From Phycisphaera mikurensis NBRC 102666 (GTDB taxonomy: Bacteria; Planctomycetota; Phycisphaerae; Phycisphaerales; Phycisphaeraceae): a DNA stretch of 32,000 bases. Below are positions 23,759 to 31,488 of the stretch, one piece after another. The DNA is taken from positions 1-32,000 of the forward strand of contig NC_017081.1 in NCBI RefSeq assembly GCF_000284115.1, given 5' to 3'. The notes under the pieces are model-generated. The model did not search any database, was not told the DNA's origin, and saw only the letters and a program-made list of their open reading frames with translations. Numbering within the stretch: the stretch's first letter is position 1; each line of letters opens with the position of its first letter. The position numbers were made by a program, and so were the translations under genes.

Positions 23759-25967
23759 CGGCGGCTCCTTCGGGGAGGGTGCGGAGCACGGTGCCGCAGG
23801 TGAGCATGGAGGGGTCGTACGGGTTGCGAATGGCGGAGCCGGCCTGCAGCCAGTCCTTGTCGACCATCGGGCAGTGGGCGACCGCGAGCGGGCCGATGCC
23901 CGCGGGCGCGGCCGCCTCGAAGAGCGCGACGGCGGCCAGCGACAGCTCCTCGAAGGCGCCGCGGACCGTGGCCGGATCCGCGTCCGCGGGCACGCGGTCC
24001 GCGGGCACGCGGTCCGCGGCTTCGGCCACGGCGGCGGCCAGCTCGGCGGTGCGGCCGCCCGCCTCCGCGGCGAGCGAGCGGGCGGCGTCCGCGACGGCAG
24101 CGGCGCCCGCGGGTTCGTTGCGGGTGAGGTTCTCCTGGAGGCGGAGGAAGGCCTCCGCCACCGGCCGCACGGCCTCGCCGGCCGCCGGAGCGGACGCGGC
24201 GCCGGCCCCCGGGGCCGCGGGCGCCGGGAGCGTCCGCAGCACCGAACCGCAGGTGAGCATCGACGGGTCGTAAGGGTTCCGGATCGCCTCGCCGACCTGC
24301 AGCCAGTTCTTCTCGACCATTGGGCAGTAAGACACGGCGTACGGCCCCTCGCCCGAGGGGGTCGGAGGCGCGGCCTCGAAGAGGTCCACCACCGTCAGCG
24401 AGAGCGCGTCGAAGCCGCCGCGGACCGCGGCGAGGTCCGCGCCCGCGGGTACGCGGTCCGCGGCTCCGCGGACGGCGGCGGCGAGGCCCGCCACCGGTGC
24501 GTCCGCGGCGTCGGCCACCGCACCGGCGGCCTCGGCGATTGGTCCCAACCCCGAAGCCTCCCCGCGGATGAGGCCGGCCTGCACAGTGAGGTACGCCCCG
24601 GCCAGCCGGTCGAGCTCCGCCTGCACCGCGGCGGAGACGGTGTTCGGTGCCCGGGCGTCCATCGAACCCATCGCGGGGGAGGCCGGCGCCGCCGACGCGG
24701 ACGTGCCGCCGCCGGGGTCGACCATGCGTGCGAGCGACGAGCGGACGCTCGCCTCGCTGTCGAGCAGGAACTGCCCGCTGGTCACCACGTCCTCGCCGGG
24801 CTCGAGGCCAGACGAGACCACCACCCGGCCCTCGGCCACGCCGGCGGCGGTTTCCACCTCGCGGGGCTCGAAGCGTCCCCCGCCCTTGGCGACGAAGACC
24901 AGCTCGCGGGTGCCGGTCTTAACCACCGCCTCCCGCGGCGCGAGCACCGCCTCCTCCTGCGCGGTGTGGCGGATCGTCACGTCCGCGAACATCCCCGGCT
25001 TGATCCGGTTCTGCGGGTTCTCGAAGGCCACGCGGGCCCGCACGGCCCGGGTCCGCGGGTCGAGCGTCGGGTCGATGAAGGACAGCTCGCCCTCGAAGGT
25101 CTCGCCGGGCAGACCGGTGACCGTCATGATGGCGGGCTGGCCGACCTCCACGCTGCCCAGCTGCGACTCGTAGAGCGTGACCTGCACCCACACGGTGGAG
25201 AGGTCGACGATGCGGAAGACCCGCATCCCCGGCTCGACGTTCATCCCCTCGTTGGCGTTCTTCTGGGTGACGGTCCCGGTGGCGGGGCTGACGATGGGCA
25301 CGTTCCGCTCTGTGACGCCCGCTTCCTGCAACGCCTCGATCTGGGATTCTGTGAGCCCCAGGTTCAGCAGCCGGTCGCGGGCGGAGCCCAGCAGCGGGTC
25401 GTCGGCGGGGGCGGAGCCGCCGTCCACCGCCAGCAGGAACTCCTCCGCCGCCGCGTACAGCTGCGGCGAGTAGAGCGTGAACAGCTCGTCGCCGGCCTCG
25501 ACCTCCGCCCCCTCGTAGTCGACGAAGAGGTCGACGATCCAGCCCGAGACACGCAGGTTGACGTCGTGCACGTTGGGCTCGGCGACTCCCACCGTGCCGA
25601 CGGTGCGGAGGGTCTGCACGGCGGGCCCACGCACCACAGGAGTTGTGCGGACGCCGATGTTCTGCACGACCACCGGGTCGATCGCAATCTCACCGGCGAG
25701 CTTCGCGGGGTCGATGGGCTCGAGCTTCATCCCGCAGATCGGGCAGTTGCCCGGCTCGGTGGTGATGATCCAGGGGTGCATGCCCGACTGGTAGAGCGTC
25801 ACGCCGCCGGCGGAACCCCCGGCCTCGCCGGCGTCCCCGGCTTTGGGTTGTCCGTCTGGCGACACCGCGTCGCCGGCGGCGGAGAAGGCGCCGCGGATCG
25901 GGCCGGCGGCGAAGACGCCGACGAGCACCAGCGCCGCGGCGGCGAGCAGGAGGAGGAAGGTCTTCAT
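23748..25967 (-). CDS. cusB: CusB-type periplasmic adaptor with N-terminal CxxC metal-binding domain and two tandem C-terminal DUF3347-like domains
   Basis: ATG at 25967 (ATGA overlap with the OMF stop). Signal peptide, then MHPWIITTEPGNCPICGMKLEPI (heavy-metal-binding domain), then an HlyD/MFP core. Two repeats follow, ending YCPMVEKNWLQVGEAIRNPYDPSMLTCGSVLRTLP and HCPMVDKDWLQAGSAIRNPYDPSMLTCGTVLRTLP. Confidence 0.85.
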   Translation of the reverse strand: MKTFLLLLAAAALVLVGVFAAGPIRGAFSAAGDAVSPDGQPKAGDAGEAGGSAGGVTLYQSGMHPWIITTEPGNCPICGMKLEPIDPAKLAGEIAIDPVVVQNIGVRTTPVVRGPAVQTLRTVGTVGVAEPNVHDVNLRVSGWIVDLFVDYEGAEVEAGDELFTLYSPQLYAAAEEFLLAVDGGSAPADDPLLGSARDRLLNLGLTESQIEALQEAGVTERNVPIVSPATGTVTQKNANEGMNVEPGMRVFRIVDLSTVWVQVTLYESQLGSVEVGQPAIMTVTGLPGETFEGELSFIDPTLDPRTRAVRARVAFENPQNRIKPGMFADVTIRHTAQEEAVLAPREAVVKTGTRELVFVAKGGGRFEPREVETAAGVAEGRVVVSSGLEPGEDVVTSGQFLLDSEASVRSSLARMVDPGGGTSASAAPASPAMGSMDARAPNTVSAAVQAELDRLAGAYLTVQAGLIRGEASGLGPIAEAAGAVADAADAPVAGLAAAVRGAADRVPAGADLAAVRGGFDALSLTVVDLFEAAPPTPSGEGPYAVSYCPMVEKNWLQVGEAIRNPYDPSMLTCGSVLRTLPAPAAPGAGAASAPAAGEAVRPVAEAFLRLQENLTRNEPAGAAAVADAARSLAAEAGGRTAELAAAVAEAADRVPADRVPADADPATVRGAFEELSLAAVALFEAAAPAGIGPLAVAHCPMVDKDWLQAGSAIRNPYDPSMLTCGTVLRTLPEGAADAR
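23751..24680 (-). repeat. Intragenic tandem duplication (two DUF3347-like modules, about 450 nt period) in cusB
   Basis: The DNA at about 23790-23900 and 24235-24345 is clearly homologous, and the protein repeats align over about 150 aa each. Confidence 0.7.
23986..24015. repeat. Perfect 15-bp tandem duplication GCGGGCACGCGGTCC x2 inside cusB
   Basis: Read directly at 23986-24000 and 24001-24015. It is in frame and gives RVPADRVPAD in the protein. Confidence 0.85.
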
Positions 25968-27343
25968 GGGTCGTTGCGTTCGGAGGGAGCGTCGGGCTCG
26001 CCGACAGCCTCGCGGAGGTCCGCGAGGTCCTGCTGGAGCTGGGTGACCGCCCGCAGCCGCATCAGCTTCAGCGTCGTGAGGCGGCGGGCGTTGTCGATGA
26101 GGGCGATGAAGTCGTTCTGGCCCGAGCGGTAGCCCGCGGCCGAGGAGGCGACGGCCTCCTCGGCCGCGGGCACCATGTCGGCGTCGTAGAGGGCGACGGC
26201 GTCGCGGCGCTGGGCGACCCGGGCGAGCGCGTCGGCAACCGCGAAGGCCAGCCGGTTCTGCTCGTCGGTGTACATCGCCGCGGCCTCGCCCAGTCCGGCG
26301 AGCGCCTCGGCCTCGGCCGCGTCGCGGCGGTCCTGCCACAGGGGCAGGTTGATCCCCAGGTTGAGGTAAAGCTGGTCGTCGCCGGTCGCGGCGGGGGCGA
26401 GGCCCTCGTCGTCGACGTCCGCGAAGGTGACGCCCACCGTGAGGTCGGGCCAGCGGTCGAGCTTCGCCAGCCGGAGCCGGTCCCGCGCGGCGGCGATGCC
26501 CTGCTTGAGTGAAGCCAGCCGCGGGTGGTCCGCGGCGGCGGCGAGCAGCCCGTCCAGCGTGCCCGCGGCGTCCGTGAGCGTCGCCGCCGGCGGATCCGGC
26601 AGCGACGCGTCCGCCGGCCGATCGAGCAGCCGGTTGAGGCTCGCCGCCGCCGTCTGGTCCTGCTGGCGGAGTTCGAGCAGGTCCTGCCGGAGCGCATCGA
26701 CCTCCACGCCAGCCCGCAGCACGTCGGCCCGCTCGGCCGCACCGGCCCGGTACCGGGCCGCCGCCGAGTCGCGCAGCCGCTCACGCAGCTGAACGTCTTC
26801 GTTCACCACACCCACCGCCTGGCGGGCGTAGGCCAGCGACCACCACGCCCGCCGCACCGCGGCGGCGACCTGCAGCCGCCGGTCCGCGAGGTCCGCCAGC
26901 GCCGCCGCCGCCGCCCGATCCGCGGCGTCGCCGCGGGCTTCAAGCTTGCCGGGGAAGGGGAACTTCTGCGAGAGCCCCGCCATCAGGCCGACCTCGCCCG
27001 CCGCGGTCTGAGCCATGTCGCCCACGGGCGAGACGGTCAGCATCGGGTCTTCGAGGGACTCGACCTGCGGCCGACGCGTCCGCAGCCGTTCGACCCGGCG
27101 CTCGGCCGCGGCGATCGCCGGGTTGCGGCGGAGCGCCAGCTCCACGAGCCGCTCCACGTCGGCTGGCACCGCCTCGGCGGGCTCCTCCGGGCGGAGGTCG
27201 TCGAGCCGGTGCGTCGTCGATGAGCCGGGCGCAGACCATGCGTTGGGGTCGGCCTCAACCCAGGCGTCGAACCCGCCGTCCCGCAGCGGAGATGAGCAGC
27301 CGGCGAGCAGGAGCGCCGCAACGGTCACGATCGATGCCCTCAC
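25964..27343 (-). CDS. cusC: TolC/CusC-family outer-membrane efflux factor (lipoprotein)
   Basis: GTG at 27343 overlaps the upstream TGA (GTGA). Lipobox LLLAGCSS, followed by the two-repeat OEP architecture (for example LADLADRRLQVAAAVRRAWWSLAY). The stop overlaps the cusB ATG. Confidence 0.85.
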   Translation of the reverse strand: MRASIVTVAALLLAGCSSPLRDGGFDAWVEADPNAWSAPGSSTTHRLDDLRPEEPAEAVPADVERLVELALRRNPAIAAAERRVERLRTRRPQVESLEDPMLTVSPVGDMAQTAAGEVGLMAGLSQKFPFPGKLEARGDAADRAAAAALADLADRRLQVAAAVRRAWWSLAYARQAVGVVNEDVQLRERLRDSAAARYRAGAAERADVLRAGVEVDALRQDLLELRQQDQTAAASLNRLLDRPADASLPDPPAATLTDAAGTLDGLLAAAADHPRLASLKQGIAAARDRLRLAKLDRWPDLTVGVTFADVDDEGLAPAATGDDQLYLNLGINLPLWQDRRDAAEAEALAGLGEAAAMYTDEQNRLAFAVADALARVAQRRDAVALYDADMVPAAEEAVASSAAGYRSGQNDFIALIDNARRLTTLKLMRLRAVTQLQQDLADLREAVGEPDAPSERNDP

Positions 27344-27975
27344 GAGGCGGCCTCTTCGAGCTTCTGGAGGTACTCCGCGGGGTTGGCGAGGAATTTGGAG
27401 GTGCAGCCGCCGCAGCAGAAGCGGACCAGCTCGCCGGCAAAGACGAAGTCCACCGGCTCGCCCATGCTGCCCAGCTCCATCTCCGTCACCGGGCACGTCT
27501 CCGCGGCGTGGCCGGGGCCCTGCTCGGCGACCACGGCGGCGTCGAGCTTCTCGATCGAGGCCTCGGGGTCGGCCATGGCCTGACCCTTGCAGCCGCCGCA
27601 GCAGAGCTTCACCAGGCGGTGGCCCAGCAGCACGTCGACCGGCTCGCCCATGGAGTCCAGCGGCTCGCCGGTGACCGGGCAGGTGTCCATCGGGTAGTTC
27701 TCCGACTGCGTGGCGATCAACTCCTCGTCCACGGCCGGGACGAAGTCGCCGGGGGCGGCGGCGAAGGCCTCCGCCGATTCCTCGGTGGCGAAGTGGAAGC
27801 GGCGGCCCTCGTGCGTGCGGTAGACGGGTTGATCGACCCCGGCGAGCGGCTCGCCGCTCACCGGGTCGTTGGGCAGCGGGTAGACGTTCCGCGGCTCGGG
27901 TGTTTCCTCGGCCGCCGAAGGCAGCGCCGGGGCGGCGAGGAGGAGGGCGAGGACGGGGAGGAGGAAGAGTTTCAT
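27340..27975 (-). CDS. Secreted YHS/TRASH-like repeat protein (putative periplasmic metal-binding)
   Basis: ATG at 27975 with AGGAA upstream, and a signal peptide. Three repeats of YP(L/M)..(C)PV(S/T)GEPL...GEPV...; the last two carry C-x25-CCGGC (TRASH-like Cys pattern) followed by (F)..(N/D)P..(Y/I). Confidence 0.7.
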   Translation of the reverse strand: MKLFLLPVLALLLAAPALPSAAEETPEPRNVYPLPNDPVSGEPLAGVDQPVYRTHEGRRFHFATEESAEAFAAAPGDFVPAVDEELIATQSENYPMDTCPVTGEPLDSMGEPVDVLLGHRLVKLCCGGCKGQAMADPEASIEKLDAAVVAEQGPGHAAETCPVTEMELGSMGEPVDFVFAGELVRFCCGGCTSKFLANPAEYLQKLEEAAS

Positions 27976-27988
27976 GAGGTTCCTGTTT

Positions 27989-28050
27989 GAGGGAGCAAGA
28001 GGGGACGCACACACCGTGTGCCACACCCCGTGCGGGAGAGGGAGCAAGAG
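27989..28050. promoter_or_regulatory. 13-nt direct repeat GAGGGAGCAAGAG (x2) flanking palindrome GCACAC-acc-GTGTGC upstream of the YHS/TRASH gene
   Basis: Read directly: repeats at 27989-28001 and 28038-28050, palindrome at 28007-28021. The whole lies 14-75 nt upstream of ATG 27975. Confidence 0.35.
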
Positions 28051-28166
28051 CGGCGCGGAGGAGCGACGCGCCCGACGCCGCGGGGGCGAGGGCACGCGGC
28101 CACCGCGCTGGCAGGCCTCACCGAAACCCGCGGACGTGCGCGGACTCCGGGGAGGGGCAGGTTTTT

Positions 28167-28586
28167 TCAGACCAGCAGCAGCGTGTGCAGGGCGCGCAGC
28201 GTCTGCGCTGGAGCTTGCTCGGGCCGCAACGCCGGCCACGCCTCACGCCCGGCGGCCACCGGCGGTTCGAGGGCCCATCCGGTGACACCGAGCAGCACCG
28301 GCGGCAGGGGGAACGATCCCGCCGACACCAGCCGCTCTGCCGCTTGGTCGCTGGCGGCCAGCCGCAACGGCGTGTCCGAGGGGGCGCAGTGGCTGCAGCC
28401 GTCGTCGGGCGGCGCCGGTGCTGAGGGCGCCTCACCGGATTCGCAGCACTCGTGCGAATCTGCCGCAGCCGCCGGCGTCGACGCGGGTGCCGGGCAAGGG
28501 CACAACCCCAGGCTCGCGAACGCCACCGCCGCGGCCAGGAGCCATCGGGCGGCGTGGGCGGGCGTGTCGGAGAGCGTGAAGAGCAT
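28167..28586 (-). CDS. Small secreted Cys/His-rich hypothetical protein (139 aa)
   Basis: ATG ORF with a signal-like N-terminus (ARWLLAAAVAFASLG) and the HECCESGE...CSHC cluster. Located in a metal-resistance context; no family assigned. Confidence 0.45.
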   Translation of the reverse strand: MLFTLSDTPAHAARWLLAAAVAFASLGLCPCPAPASTPAAAADSHECCESGEAPSAPAPPDDGCSHCAPSDTPLRLAASDQAAERLVSAGSFPLPPVLLGVTGWALEPPVAAGREAWPALRPEQAPAQTLRALHTLLLV

Positions 28587-28650
28587 GCGTGGCGTCTGAC
28601 GTTACGCGGCGGGCTTGCCGGCGGTTCCGAGGCGGATCCAGCTCTCGCCT

Positions 28651-28665
28651 TACCCCCTGGGGGTA
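28651..28665. promoter_or_regulatory. CsoR/RcnR-type operator-like palindrome TACCCCCTGGGGGTA
   Basis: Perfect 7-1-7 palindrome at 28651-28665, 65-79 nt upstream of the small Cys/His ORF. On the minus strand it is immediately preceded by TATGCT. C-tract/G-tract TACCCC-N3-GGGGTA dyads are the known style of CsoR-family copper repressor sites. Confidence 0.5.
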
Positions 28666-28679
28666 GCATAGACGGAGGC

Positions 28680-29705
28680 TCAAGCGTCGCCTGCCCACCG
28701 ACGACGGTCGCGCCCGCTCCCGCCCAGCCGCCGCTCGATCCCGGCGAAGGCGGCGACGTCGATGCGACGGCGGTCGGTGGACCGCAGCGGCGGCGGCGTG
28801 CCGCGGACCGGGCCGGCGGCAGGGCCGGCGGCGGCGACCGCGTGGAGCACGGGCAGCGGGTCGCGGCAGAACGCCTCGTACGCGACGCGGACCAAGCGGG
28901 CCGGGTCCAGGGCATCCGCTTGCCGGCCAATCTCCCGTTGGAAGGCGCGGACCTGGTTGCACACCGCCTCGACCGGGCCCTCGGCGGAGGCGGGATCGGC
29001 TTCCTCGCAAAGCAGCCCCCAGCCGTGGCGGGCGTCTCCCTGCACCATCGCCCGCGCCTCCAGCAGCGACTGCGCGACGTACACCGGGTCGCGTTCAACG
29101 ACGACGAAGGTCGCACCGGGCAGGGCTTCGGCCAGGGAGGTGATCGCCAGCGCGTTGCGGTTGTTCTTGTTGAGCAGCGGGCGGCCGAAGGCGGCGTTCC
29201 AGGCGGACACGAAGGCGCGGACCTCCGCGGCGGACTCCGGGGAGAGCGGCCCGGGCTTCCCGCGGACCTCTCCGAACCACCGATCCCACACAGCGAACGC
29301 GTCGTTGGGGCCTCCGGGACCGGCGACGCTGCCGAAGAAGTTCCGCGTCGAAGCCTTCGGCTCACGGACCCAGCGCGGCCGGAGCTTCCCGGCGCTGATG
29401 GGCGAACGCGGGAAGGCTCCGGTCCAATTGCTCGTGTAGCTGACGTGGAGGTGCTGCGCGAGCAGCTGGTAGACGAGCGTGGTTCCGCTCCGAGGGCCGC
29501 CGACAACAAGAACGCAGGGCGTTGGACCGGGCTCGTGGTCAGCGGCACGCAGACGCCGCTCTTCTCGGTTCGCGAGCAGCGCGTCCAGCGGCCGGGTTGC
29601 CAGGCCCAGCCCCTCGCGGAGGAGCACCGACCGGGCGGTCGCGTCGCCGGAACGGATCATCCGCCAGGCCAGGCCGAGGGGGTCGCGGAAGTTGGCATCA
29701 GGCAT
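28680..29705 (-). CDS. Sulfotransferase-family protein
   Basis: 341-aa ORF. VLVVGGPRSGTTLVYQLL matches the 5'-PSB (PAPS-binding) loop of sulfotransferases, and a later LLNKNNRNAL region is consistent with this. The ATG at 29705 overlaps the Rieske gene end by 8 nt. Confidence 0.65.
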   Translation of the reverse strand: MPDANFRDPLGLAWRMIRSGDATARSVLLREGLGLATRPLDALLANREERRLRAADHEPGPTPCVLVVGGPRSGTTLVYQLLAQHLHVSYTSNWTGAFPRSPISAGKLRPRWVREPKASTRNFFGSVAGPGGPNDAFAVWDRWFGEVRGKPGPLSPESAAEVRAFVSAWNAAFGRPLLNKNNRNALAITSLAEALPGATFVVVERDPVYVAQSLLEARAMVQGDARHGWGLLCEEADPASAEGPVEAVCNQVRAFQREIGRQADALDPARLVRVAYEAFCRDPLPVLHAVAAAGPAAGPVRGTPPPLRSTDRRRIDVAAFAGIERRLGGSGRDRRRWAGDA

Positions 29706-30258
29706 GTTCGTTTTCCTCCGGCATGGACCACTCGTTGTGTGGGATGCTCACGCGCTGGGTCTTGTCGACCAGCAGGTGGCCCCGGAGATCGACCCGCACC
29801 GCGAGCCGGGGCAGGTCTTCGGTGGCCGGTCCGTTCTGCACCACGCCCTCCGGAGAAAATCGCGAGCCGTGGCAGAAGCACTTGAAGGAGGCATCGGGTT
29901 GTGCGTTCACCAGGCAGCCCCTGTGCGTGCAGACCGCCGAGAGTGCGCACACCTCGTCGCCGTTGCGGATCACGAAGAAGCCGTCGTCGCGGAGCGAGTC
30001 GTCGGGGCCCTGCTGTTGGTAGTCCGCGAGCGGGCCCGCATCGAAGACGCCTTCGGGCAGAAGGGCGTTCGCATTGGGCGTGCCCCGTGCCGCCGGGCCC
30101 GTTCCACCGTCGGGATCCGCGGCGACCGGCGGGGACGACTCTCTTCGACAGCCAACGGCGGCGGCGGCGGCGCTCGCCGTCGCGAAGACAAGCAGCCGGC
30201 GGCGGTTGACGCGGTCGGCCTCCGTCGGAGCGGTCGGAGCGGTCGGATCAGTGCCCAT
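29698..30258 (-). CDS. Rieske [2Fe-2S] domain protein with Tat-like signal
   Basis: ATG at 30258 preceded by GGAAGGAGG. NRRRLLVFATASAAAAAVG is Tat-like, and the Rieske ligand motifs CTHRGC...CFCHGS are present. Confidence 0.85.
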   Translation of the reverse strand: MGTDPTAPTAPTEADRVNRRRLLVFATASAAAAAVGCRRESSPPVAADPDGGTGPAARGTPNANALLPEGVFDAGPLADYQQQGPDDSLRDDGFFVIRNGDEVCALSAVCTHRGCLVNAQPDASFKCFCHGSRFSPEGVVQNGPATEDLPRLAVRVDLRGHLLVDKTQRVSIPHNEWSMPEENEHA

Positions 30259-30910
30259 GCTCGTGACCTCCTTCCTCGGTTGCGTCGGCCGCGGGGACGG
30301 AGGCCTTCCAGCCCTCGTCGGGCGCGGCCGCCCCTTCCGCGTGCCCGCCGCCCCCGCCGTGGCCACCGCCGGAGCCGAAGCTCAACATCCCGCCGATGTG
30401 GCCCTGGGCGACCAGGAACACGACGAACACGGCGCCCGCCGCGATGTAGGCCGGCCGGGCGCCGACCCGCGCGTCCGGCTGCGTCTCGCGGCGACGCTCC
30501 CGCCAGCGCCACAACGCGAGCCCGATCACCAGCACGGCCAGCGAGGTGCCCAGCCACTTGTGCACGAGCATCGGGTCTCCGTGGCCGCCCATCTCGTCGA
30601 GCCAGAGCCAGCCGGCCAGCGCGGTGAAGGGCGTGACGACCGCCGCGAGCACGGTCATCCACCAGCCCGCCGAAGAGAGCGAGGCCCGGCGGTTGAAGCG
30701 GCCGGCGCTGTCGAAGAACACCGCGGCGGGGATGAGCCCTGCGGTCATGTTCACGAGGATCGGGTGCAGCGGCGGCGGCTGGAGGAGCAGCCGGAGCACG
30801 TCGGCGGCGTCGGCGAGGGAGAGCGGGAGCATGGGGTCGATCCGAGGATGCGGAGGGAAAGCCCCGCCGCCGCGGTCAGCGGCGACGGAGCCGGGGAAGC
30901 GGACAGGCAT
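30248..30910 (-). CDS. DUF2231-like integral membrane protein with Gly/His-rich C-terminus
   Basis: ATG at 30910 shares a base with the upstream TGA (TGATG coupling); the alternative ATG is at 30832. LHPILVNMTAGLIPAAVFFD resembles the DUF2231 N-terminal motif, with 4 hydrophobic segments and the tail GGGHGGGGGHAEG...EEGGHEHGH. Confidence 0.6.
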   Translation of the reverse strand: MPVRFPGSVAADRGGGAFPPHPRIDPMLPLSLADAADVLRLLLQPPPLHPILVNMTAGLIPAAVFFDSAGRFNRRASLSSAGWWMTVLAAVVTPFTALAGWLWLDEMGGHGDPMLVHKWLGTSLAVLVIGLALWRWRERRRETQPDARVGARPAYIAAGAVFVVFLVAQGHIGGMLSFGSGGGHGGGGGHAEGAAAPDEGWKASVPAADATEEGGHEHGH

Positions 30911-31395
30911 CAGTGCGAGTGAGCCCCGTGCCCGTGGTCTTCCTCTTTCGTGTCGCCACCCGTCATGTTGTGGTGGTTGTCGTCGAGCGTGACCTCCTTG
31001 AAGCCGCCGTCCTCCTGCTGGACGTAGAGGTGCTTGACGTCGAAGGACTGCATGCCCTCGTGGGCGACGCCCTCGACCTTGATGGTCTGCGCCGCGTACT
31101 CAGCGAGCGGCACCGGGTTGGTGAGCAGGAAGAGCAGGTCGCCGGTGTCACCGCCCTCGGGCAGGATCCCGGCGGGGATGCCAGTGGCCAAGCAGGTGCT
31201 GGCGCACTCGGCGTGGCCCTCGCCCTTGGCGCCGCCGTCGCTGGCGACGAAGCAGGCGGTGTCGATGAGTTCACCCGTCAAGGTGGTCATCTCGCCCTCG
31301 CCCCCCGCGTGCCCACCCTCGTGGTCACCGGCGGCAGTGGCGAAGGGTGCGGCGGCCAGCAGGGCGGCGAGAGCGGCACAGGAGGAACGGTGCAT
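30910..31395 (-). CDS. Secreted His-rich putative metal-binding protein (161 aa)
   Basis: Signal peptide, then DHEGGHAGGEGE, a conserved-looking Cys set (IDTACF...HAECASTCL), and the C-terminal tail EEDHGHGAHSH. Confidence 0.65.
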   Translation of the reverse strand: MHRSSCAALAALLAAAPFATAAGDHEGGHAGGEGEMTTLTGELIDTACFVASDGGAKGEGHAECASTCLATGIPAGILPEGGDTGDLLFLLTNPVPLAEYAAQTIKVEGVAHEGMQSFDVKHLYVQQEDGGFKEVTLDDNHHNMTGGDTKEEDHGHGAHSH

Positions 31396-31414
31396 GGTGA
31401 AATCCTTCAGAAAC

Positions 31415-31427
31415 GGGGGGGGGGGGG
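31415..31427. repeat. Homopolymeric G13 tract (C13 on the coding strand) in the 5' leader of the His-rich protein gene
   Basis: Counted directly: G at 31415-31427, 19 nt upstream of ATG 31395. On the coding strand it is preceded by hairpin GCTCGCG-ctcc-CGCGAGC (31430-31447). Confidence 0.9.
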
Positions 31428-31488
31428 AAGCTCGCGGGAGCGCGAGCGGAGAGAGAGCGACCGGCGAACGCCGTCGGACGCGACCAAA

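Noticed and set aside
19937-23803. 1288-aa plus-strand ORF, together with the similar plus-strand ORFs 18162..20108 and 23625..26132
   Set aside because: These are antisense shadows of cusA, copA and cusB in high-GC DNA. Composition is low-complexity R/G/H/D/V-rich with no motifs. The minus-strand genes carry unambiguous family signatures.
28118-29548. 476-aa minus-strand ORF overlapping the sulfotransferase gene in another frame, together with 28452..29885(+)
   Set aside because: Pro/Arg/Ser-rich shadow frames. The 28680..29705 frame carries the GGPRSGTT PAPS-loop motif.
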